A stretch of 32,000 nucleotides of DNA from Gemmata obscuriglobus (lineage in GTDB: Bacteria; Planctomycetota; Planctomycetia; Gemmatales; Gemmataceae), in assembly GCF_008065095.1 (NCBI RefSeq), contig NZ_CP042911.1, forward strand, positions 3,900,001 through 3,932,000, read 5' to 3'. Positions 26,932 through 32,000 of this stretch are shown piece after piece. A program made the translations under genes and the position numbers. Every line of letters starts with the position of its first letter. Within the stretch, counting starts at the first letter, position 1. The notes under the pieces were generated by a model. The model ran no database searches. It saw nothing but the letters and a program-made list of their open reading frames with translations, and was not told where the DNA came from.

Positions 26932-27789
26932 CTACTGTTTCGTCGGGGCCTTCGTGGCTCCGACGCCATACACCTGAGCCGGGGTGCGGTAGTCCAGGGA
27001 CTGGTGTAACCGCTCGGTGTTGTAGAACCCGAAGTACGCCCGGAGCCCACTCTCCAGGGCCGGCACCGACTCGTACCCCTTGAGGTACACGTCCTCGTAC
27101 TTGACGCTCCGCCACAGGCGCTCCACGAACACGTTGTCCAGGCACCGGCCCCGCCCGTCCATGCTCACCGCGACCCCGGCCCGCTCCAATCGCCCGACCC
27201 ACGCGGCGGCCGTGAACTGGACTCCCTGGTCCGTGTTGAACACCTCCGGCTTGCCCCGGCCCAAGGCCTCCTCCAGCATGTCCTGGCAGAATGACCCGTC
27301 CAACGTGTTGGACAGTCGCCAGGCCACCACGTACCGGCTGAACCAGTCCATCGTTGCGGCCAGGTACATGAACCCGGTGGGCATCGGGATGTACGTGATG
27401 TCCGTGCTCCACACCTGATGGACCCGGTCGATGGCCACGCCCCGCAACAGGTACGGGTACACCTTGTGCCCGGACCCGACCGACAGCTTGGGCTTGGGGT
27501 ACATGGCCTCCAACCCCATGATCCGCAACAGCCGCTGCACCCGCTTGCGGTTCACCTCGTGGCCCTGGGTGCCCAGCCACGCGGCCATGCGCCGGCTCCC
27601 GTAGAATGGGCACGTGGTGTACTGCTCGTCGATCAACCGCATCAGCGTCAGGTTCTCCGCGCTCTCCGGGGTCGGCTCGTAGTACACCGTCGAGCGGTTC
27701 AATCCGATCAGCTCGCACTGGCGCCGGACGCTCAGCTCCGGGTGCTCGGCCTCGATCAGGGCACGCTTGGCCTCAGCCGAGGGCGGCCG
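26932..27789 (-). CDS. IS3-family transposase OrfB (DDE), frame opens inside the A9 run
   Basis: (RPPSAEAKRALIEAEHPELSVRRQCELIGL)NRSTVYYEP..., WSTDITYIPM (D), NTDQGVQFTA (D) and VERLWRSVKYE (E). The ORF-track start (27702) is an internal TTG. The frame is closed by a TGA at 27799-27801, immediately 5' of the run. Confidence 0.85.
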   Translation of the reverse strand, partial: RPPSAEAKRALIEAEHPELSVRRQCELIGLNRSTVYYEPTPESAENLTLMRLIDEQYTTCPFYGSRRMAAWLGTQGHEVNRKRVQRLLRIMGLEAMYPKPKLSVGSGHKVYPYLLRGVAIDRVHQVWSTDITYIPMPTGFMYLAATMDWFSRYVVAWRLSNTLDGSFCQDMLEEALGRGKPEVFNTDQGVQFTAAAWVGRLERAGVAVSMDGRGRCLDNVFVERLWRSVKYEDVYLKGYESVPALESGLRAYFGFYNTERLHQSLDYRTPAQVYGVGATKAPTKQ

Positions 27790-28060
27790 ATTTTTTTTTC
27801 ACCCAGTCGAGTTCCACCTTGAGGCGGCCGATCTGCTCGTACAACTCGGTCGTCTTGTCTTCCGGGGGGCCGGTGCCCTTCGCCCCCGAGGCGAACACGG
27901 CCTCGGCCCCGGTGAGCAACTGCTTCTTCCACCCATGAATCAGGGTCGGGTGGACGCCGTGCTGACTCGCCAGTTCGTTGATGGTCTTGTCGCCCTTGAG
28001 GGCCGCCAGCGCGACCTGGGCCTTGAACGCCGCCGAGTGACTCTTCCGCTTGCCCGCCAT
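27773..28060 (-). CDS. IS3-family transposase OrfA
   Basis: MAGKRKSHSAAFKAQVALAALKGDKTINELASQHGVHPTLIHGWKKQLL...ELYEQIGRLKVELDWVKKK is the typical HTH plus leucine-zipper OrfA. Confidence 0.88.
   Translation of the reverse strand: MAGKRKSHSAAFKAQVALAALKGDKTINELASQHGVHPTLIHGWKKQLLTGAEAVFASGAKGTGPPEDKTTELYEQIGRLKVELDWVKKKSAALG
27791..27799 (-). promoter_or_regulatory. A9 homopolymer recoding/slippage site at the orfA-orfB junction of IS3 #2
   Basis: T9 on the + strand is GTG AAA AAA AAA TCG in orfA. orfB is +1, not -1, relative to orfA, and an A8 message would fuse OrfA and OrfB in frame. Confidence 0.6.
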
Positions 28061-28125
28061 GGGTTCCCCTTTCCTGGGCCTCCGGTATAGCTTAACCGGC
28101 GGTCCAGTTTTCGGGGTCCACTATA

Positions 28126-28833
28126 CTCCTTCGACCGCCTGGAGGTTCTGATCCTCGACGGCAAGAGTCTCAAGAAGGTGGCCAAGCGACTCGTCGACAC
28201 GCGGGGCACACCGGGCAAGCTCTTGGGCGGAAAACTGCTCGTGGCGTACCGGCCCCGTGACGGGTTGGTGCTCGACATGGCGGCCGATCTCGATGGCGAA
28301 ACCAACGAGGCCAAACTGATCCCCGATTTGATGCCCCGAGTGCACGCCCGAGGCGGTCCGGCGAAACTGGTGGTCGGGGATCGGTTGTTCTGTGCGTCGA
28401 AGCACTTCGCCGAGTTCACCAAGGACAATGGTCATTTCGTGGTGCGGTACGCGCGGACCCTGTCGTTCGAACCCGACCCGAAGCGCCCCGCGGTCACGAC
28501 CGCGGACCCATCCCAACGAGCCGTGGTCGAAGAATGGGGGTGGGCCGGGAAGCCCAAGGACAAGCTCCGCCGGTACGTCCGGCGGATCACCGTCGCGCGC
28601 CCGGTGGGCGAAGCGATTACAATCCTCACGGACCTGCTCGATTCGGCCCCATACCCGGCGACCGATCTGTTGGACCTGTACCGCATCCGGTGGACCATCG
28701 AAGGCACGTTCCAAAAGGTGACGGCGATCTTCGCCCTGGGTCGGTTCATCGGTTCGACACCGGAGGCGACCGTGTTTCAGGCGTCGATGTGTTTCGTCCT
28801 CGCGAACGTGGTGCAGGTCCTCCAGGGCTATGT
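28126..28833 (+). pseudogene. ISx IS4-family transposase, fragment 2 of 3 (DDE core)
   Basis: FDRLEVLILDGKSL (D1), KLVVGDRLFC (D2) and LYRIRWTIEGTFQKVT (the YxxRxxxE...K signature of IS4-type enzymes). It is cut after ..VLQGYV by the ISH3-like element at 28834. Confidence 0.8.
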
Positions 28834-28841
28834 CAGTAGTT

Positions 28842-30050
28842 TCAAGTTGGCGGCTTGGTTTTGTTGGCCGATCGTGCAGTAGTAATGGACTTATTTTCGC
28901 CATCTGTAGGTGCCAGCCCATCGGCCAACAGTATCAGGCATACCGCCGCCAGTGTCCACCCGAGGCCGCGGGCTGAGCGGGACCACAACCAGGCGTTACG
29001 CAGGATCAGCCCGACGGCCACCCACAGGAGTCGCACGACCCCATCGGTGGTCGAGGTCCGGGGCCGAACCTGCCCCAACTGGCGGTAGCTGCTCTCGATC
29101 CCGAATCGGGTCCGGTACAGGTCCCGAATCGCCACCGGGCTCCCGCTCACCCGCCACGCCGCGTACAGTAACTTCTTGCTCCGCCGGCCCCCGGTCCGCC
29201 GGTACCGGTAGCTCTTGTGAGCGATCACCACGTGCACCCGCACCGAGGTGCCCCGATCCGCGTGGGTGTACGCATATCGACCCGCGCCCCGCCGCCGCAC
29301 GGCCCGCAACCCGACCCCCTTCACCCCGGGCCGGGGCTTGCGGCCCCGGACCACGGCCGGGATCACGAACGGCACACCCCGCGCCTGGAGCAACCGCATC
29401 ACCGCGATCGAGAAGAACGCCTTGTCCAGCAGCGCGACCCGGACCGTAACCCGTGCCGCCGTCACCTGATCCAACAGCCGGGTGAGCACCGCGGTCATCG
29501 GCTCCTTCTCGCCCACGGCCGTCAACCCGAGCGTGTACCGGTCCGGTCCCCCGACGAGGCACGCGGTGGCGTACGTGTGGAACGTGTGGGTGCCGCCGGC
29601 CCCCTTGGACCGGGTGGTGTCCCGGTTCGGCGTCCCGAAGTACCCGATCCGGTGGTAGTCGATCGCGACCCGAGCCGCCCGCTTCCGCTTGCCGAGCGGG
29701 GCGTGGAGGGCCGGCCGCAACCGCCGCTCGAGGGTGCGGCGCCGCTTGGGCAGCGTGAGGTACAAGCAATCCCAGATGGCCTGCCCGGACGGGGCGTCGG
29801 CGATCGCGGCACAGGCCGCGGCCACCGAGCGGGCGAACGCCGCGGCGAACAGCACCACCCGCCACACCACCTCGGGTGTACAGGTGCGGCGACGCTTGGG
29901 CAGTTGGACCGCACGGCCGAGCCAGTCGGTCAGGACCGGACGGAGGTGCCGGGTGGCGTGGGCCGGGGTGGCTCGGATAGACTGACGTTTGGGTCGCATG
30001 GGGGCTCCGACAGTGGAGGCGTGGTAACCACCATTGACCGGTAAACCCAT
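28842..30050 (-). CDS. DDE transposase of the ISH3-like element (apparently intact)
   Basis: VAIDYHRIGYFG (D1 candidate), LLDKAFFS (D2) and YRTRFGIESSYRQLGQ (E). The stop TGA (28842-28844) lies inside the left IR. The start may be the Met at 29999 (MRPKRQSIR...). Confidence 0.8.
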   Translation of the reverse strand: MGLPVNGGYHASTVGAPMRPKRQSIRATPAHATRHLRPVLTDWLGRAVQLPKRRRTCTPEVVWRVVLFAAAFARSVAAACAAIADAPSGQAIWDCLYLTLPKRRRTLERRLRPALHAPLGKRKRAARVAIDYHRIGYFGTPNRDTTRSKGAGGTHTFHTYATACLVGGPDRYTLGLTAVGEKEPMTAVLTRLLDQVTAARVTVRVALLDKAFFSIAVMRLLQARGVPFVIPAVVRGRKPRPGVKGVGLRAVRRRGAGRYAYTHADRGTSVRVHVVIAHKSYRYRRTGGRRSKKLLYAAWRVSGSPVAIRDLYRTRFGIESSYRQLGQVRPRTSTTDGVVRLLWVAVGLILRNAWLWSRSARGLGWTLAAVCLILLADGLAPTDGENKSITTARSANKTKPPT

Positions 30051-30088
30051 GCGGCCCGCTACTCATAAATCGCCCAACTTGAAACTAC

Positions 30089-31564
30089 CTGTACTTTCCG
30101 CGAATTTGTAGGTCGGGAGGTGATGGTGGGTTCGGAGTAGACGAGTGCCGGCCCGTCCGGGAGGATGGCGTTACCACACGACCAGCCACCCCGAACGGAC
30201 ACGGCCATGCCATCTGCGCATACTCCGTCCCCGCGTTGCCACTGGTTTTCGGTTCTGGCCGGGGCACTGGATCGGCGCTCGGGTCGGCGGTTGGCGGCCC
30301 TGTTCCTGGGTGTGCTGCTGGCCCGCGGGCGGCACGCCCTGAGTTGCTGGATTCGGGCGGCCGGATTATCGTCCCAATACCGCCGCTGTTACCCCACCGC
30401 GGCCGCGGTCGGGCGCCGGGTCGAGCGCATCGCGACCCGGTTGTTGGTCGAGATCCTCAAGCCCCTGGTGACCGGGCCGCGGGTGGTGCTGGCGTTGGAC
30501 GACACACCGACCGCCCGGTACGGACCGAAGGTACAAGGGGCCGGGGTGCATCACAACCCGACACCCGGGCCGGCCGGGAGCGCATTCGTGTACGGGCACG
30601 TGTGGGTGGTGCTCGGGTTGCTGGTGGCGCATCCACTGGGTGGGGTCGTGGCTCTGCCCCTGTTGGCCCGGTTGTACATCCGGAAGGCGAACCTGGGCGC
30701 GGTGCGGGCGACCGATCGGCCCCGGTTCGCCACCAAGCTGGCGATGGCCGTTGACCTGGTGCGGTGGGCGCACGGATGGCTGAAGATGTGGGGCATGGCG
30801 GTGTGGGTGGTGGCCGACGGGGCGTACGCCCAGGGGCCGGTGCTGAAGCCGCTGCGGAAGCTCGGGGTGACGGTGGTGAGCCGGCTCCGCCGGGATGCGG
30901 CCCTGTGCTCGTTACCGCCCGCGCGGGAGCCCGGGCTGCGCGGGCGCCCGCGGGTGTACGGAACGGCACGGATCTCGTTGGCCAAGCGGGCCGGGCACAA
31001 CGGCGGGTGGAGCACCGGCACGTTCACCGTGTATGGGAAGACCGTCGAGAAGCGGTACAAGACGTTCGTGGCCACCTGGCGCCCGGCCGGTGGGGCGATC
31101 CGGGTGGTGCTGGTGGACGAGCCCCACGGATGGGTCGCGTTCTTCAGCACCGACCCGGGCGCGACGGTGACCGACATCTTGGAACGGGTGGCCGACCGGT
31201 TCACCCTGGAGACGTGCTTCCGGGATCTCAAACAAGTCGCCGGGACGGGCCAGCAACAGGTGCGCGGGGTGCCGTCGAACGTCGGGTGCTTCCACCTGTG
31301 TGCATGGGCGCACACCCTGACCGAGGTGTGGGCCTGGGCTCGGAACGCGGACGAGTTGGTGGGGCACCGGTCCGCGTCCCCGTGGGACGATCCGAGCCGG
31401 CGCCCGAGTCACGCGGACAAGCGCCGGGCCTGGCAACACGAGCTGTTGGCCGAGGAGATTCGGGCCGTTGTGGGCGAGCACCACGACCACACGAAAATCC
31501 GCGACCTCGCCTACCGGTGCTTGGACTTGGCCGCGTGAGCACGGCTGATTCGCGGAAAGTACAG
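30089..31564 (+). mobile_element. IS701-like insertion sequence (1476 bp)
   Basis: Perfect 17-bp IRs CTGTACTTTCCGCGAAT (30089-30105) and ATTCGCGGAAAGTACAG (31548-31564). A direct repeat AACTAC lies at 30083-30088 and 31565-31570; the true duplication may be 4-6 bp. Confidence 0.88.
30165..31538 (+). CDS. IS701-family-like DDE transposase (apparently intact)
   Basis: VVLALDDTPTARYGPKVQGAGVHHNPTPGP..YGHVWVVL, WVVADGAYA and the C-terminal FTLETCFRDLKQVAG match the IS701/IS4-superfamily pattern. It is a single long ORF filling the element. Confidence 0.8.
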   Translation: MALPHDQPPRTDTAMPSAHTPSPRCHWFSVLAGALDRRSGRRLAALFLGVLLARGRHALSCWIRAAGLSSQYRRCYPTAAAVGRRVERIATRLLVEILKPLVTGPRVVLALDDTPTARYGPKVQGAGVHHNPTPGPAGSAFVYGHVWVVLGLLVAHPLGGVVALPLLARLYIRKANLGAVRATDRPRFATKLAMAVDLVRWAHGWLKMWGMAVWVVADGAYAQGPVLKPLRKLGVTVVSRLRRDAALCSLPPAREPGLRGRPRVYGTARISLAKRAGHNGGWSTGTFTVYGKTVEKRYKTFVATWRPAGGAIRVVLVDEPHGWVAFFSTDPGATVTDILERVADRFTLETCFRDLKQVAGTGQQQVRGVPSNVGCFHLCAWAHTLTEVWAWARNADELVGHRSASPWDDPSRRPSHADKRRAWQHELLAEEIRAVVGEHHDHTKIRDLAYRCLDLAA

Positions 31565-31575
31565 AACTACTGTAT

Positions 31576-31887
31576 GTGGTTGCGAAGCGGAAGGTGACCA
31601 TCGACGACCTCTCGACGGCGCAGTTCTGCACGGACTGGCATCGTCAGTTGGCCGCGCTCAAGGAGTTGGTCGAGGTGTCGATGATCGTGTCCCTGATCCC
31701 GACGGATCAGACGGCAGAGAGTGTGGGAACGTTGTTGGATCAGTTATTGGGCACGATGTGGAAGCCGGGCTGGGACAAGACACGCAACAAGGCGCCCCGT
31801 GCCCACCCGCACGCCGCGAAACAGAAGGGGGCACACACCTCCGTCCAACGGCGTCGACAAGCCCACAAGCCCAACGAGGATCCCTGA
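31576..31887 (+). pseudogene. ISx IS4-family transposase, fragment 3 of 3
   Basis: (QGY)VVAKRKVTIDDLSTAQFCTDWHRQLAALKEL... continues fragment 2 in frame across one copy of TATGT. The stop at 31885-31887 is 8 nt before the right IR of ISx. Confidence 0.8.
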
Positions 31888-31916
31888 ACTCAGTTGTGCA
31901 CAGCACTGGGGTCAAG

Positions 31917-32000
31917 CTCTGGCGGACTTCGCCGGGTGGGCCGACCCGGACCGGCGCAAGGTGCTCGTGTTCATCTTGGACGGTTCGCGCGGACACACGG
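31917..32000 (+). pseudogene. IS630-family transposase, continuation after the nested IS block (runs off the window)
   Basis: It reads ...(ECMGQ)ALADFAGWADPDRRKVLVFILDGSRGHT in frame with 26316-26325 across one copy of the GGTCAAG duplication. VLVFILDG fits the second catalytic-Asp region of IS630/Tc1-type enzymes. Confidence 0.65.

Larger units (their letters stand above)
26888..28125 (-). mobile_element. IS3-family insertion sequence #2 (1238 bp), unrelated in sequence to #1
   Basis: IRs are TACAGTGGACCCCATTGTCTAGACC (26888-) and rc TATAGTGGACCCCGAAAACTGGACC (-28125). A 3-bp direct repeat CTC lies at 26885-26887 and 28126-28128. Removing the element plus one CTC restores the ISx reading frame (..RLPTSFDRLEVLILDGK..). 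Confidence 0.88.
28834..31572 (-). mobile_element. ISH3-like insertion sequence copy 2 (1257 bp of its own sequence) with an IS701-like element nested 2 bp from its right tip
   Basis: IRs are CAGTAGTTTCAAGTTGGCGG (28834-) and rc CAGTAGTTTCAAGTTGGGCG (30071-30088 plus TG at 31571-31572). A 5-bp direct repeat TATGT lies at 28829-28833 and 31573-31577. The size, 5-bp duplication and C-GT ends fit the ISH3-family description. Confidence 0.8.
26326..31909 (+). mobile_element. IS4-family insertion sequence ('ISx', about 1.6 kb of its own sequence) carrying nested IS insertions
   Basis: IRs are CCAGTGCTATGCACA (26326-26340) and rc CCAGTGCTGTGCACA (31895-31909). A 7-bp direct repeat GGTCAAG lies at 26319-26325 and 31910-31916. 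The three transposase fragments rejoin into a 481-codon ORF. Confidence 0.8.
25518..32000 (+). mobile_element. IS630-like element (decayed), interrupted by the nested IS block 26326-31909; 3' end outside the window
   Basis: The transposase remnants before 26325 and after 31917 join in frame. The left end is only guessed from TA|CAGCACCGGGAAG at 25516-25518, and no right end is available to confirm an IR. Confidence 0.5.

Overview
High-GC bacterial chromosomal segment with strong G/C at codon position 3 (GC not computed). The gene content suggests Planctomycetota, possibly Gemmataceae. This is an inference from a DUF1080 protein, a zinc-ribbon/TM giant protein, a secreted CotH, a Uma2 nuclease and an N-terminally extended Rho. 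Bases 1-22.8 kb hold ordinary, mostly housekeeping genes: a TPR-like protein, a DUF1080 protein, and a 1150-aa membrane-anchored protein made of two tandem copies of a ~400-aa module. They continue with a purple-acid-phosphatase-like metallophosphoesterase, a Ski2-like helicase, a MOSC protein, an isochorismatase-like hydrolase, a CotH-EF-hand/thioredoxin operon, polA, a lipoprotein, a Uma2 nuclease, coaE and rho. From 22,995 to the window end (about 9 kb) the DNA is wall-to-wall insertion sequences from about six lineages. Several are nested inside one another, and their exact target-site duplications can be read from the sequence. An IS630-like pseudogene is split by an IS4-family element. 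That element is itself split by an IS3-family element and by an ISH3-like element, and the ISH3-like element carries an IS701-like element 2 bp from its tip. A second ISH3-like copy has a different, IS4-type N-terminal third (a mosaic transposase) and is split by a second, unrelated IS3-family element. Two copies of a ~100-bp intergenic repeat (1763-1855 and 8254-8359) have ends resembling the ISH3-like terminal inverted repeat, so they are MITE candidates. I found no rRNA, tRNA or CRISPR array, and no recognisable defence or secretion operon. The most unusual content is the mobile-element architecture, the MITE-like repeat, an A9 recoding site and the duplicated giant protein. All family assignments come from motif recognition by eye, not from searches.
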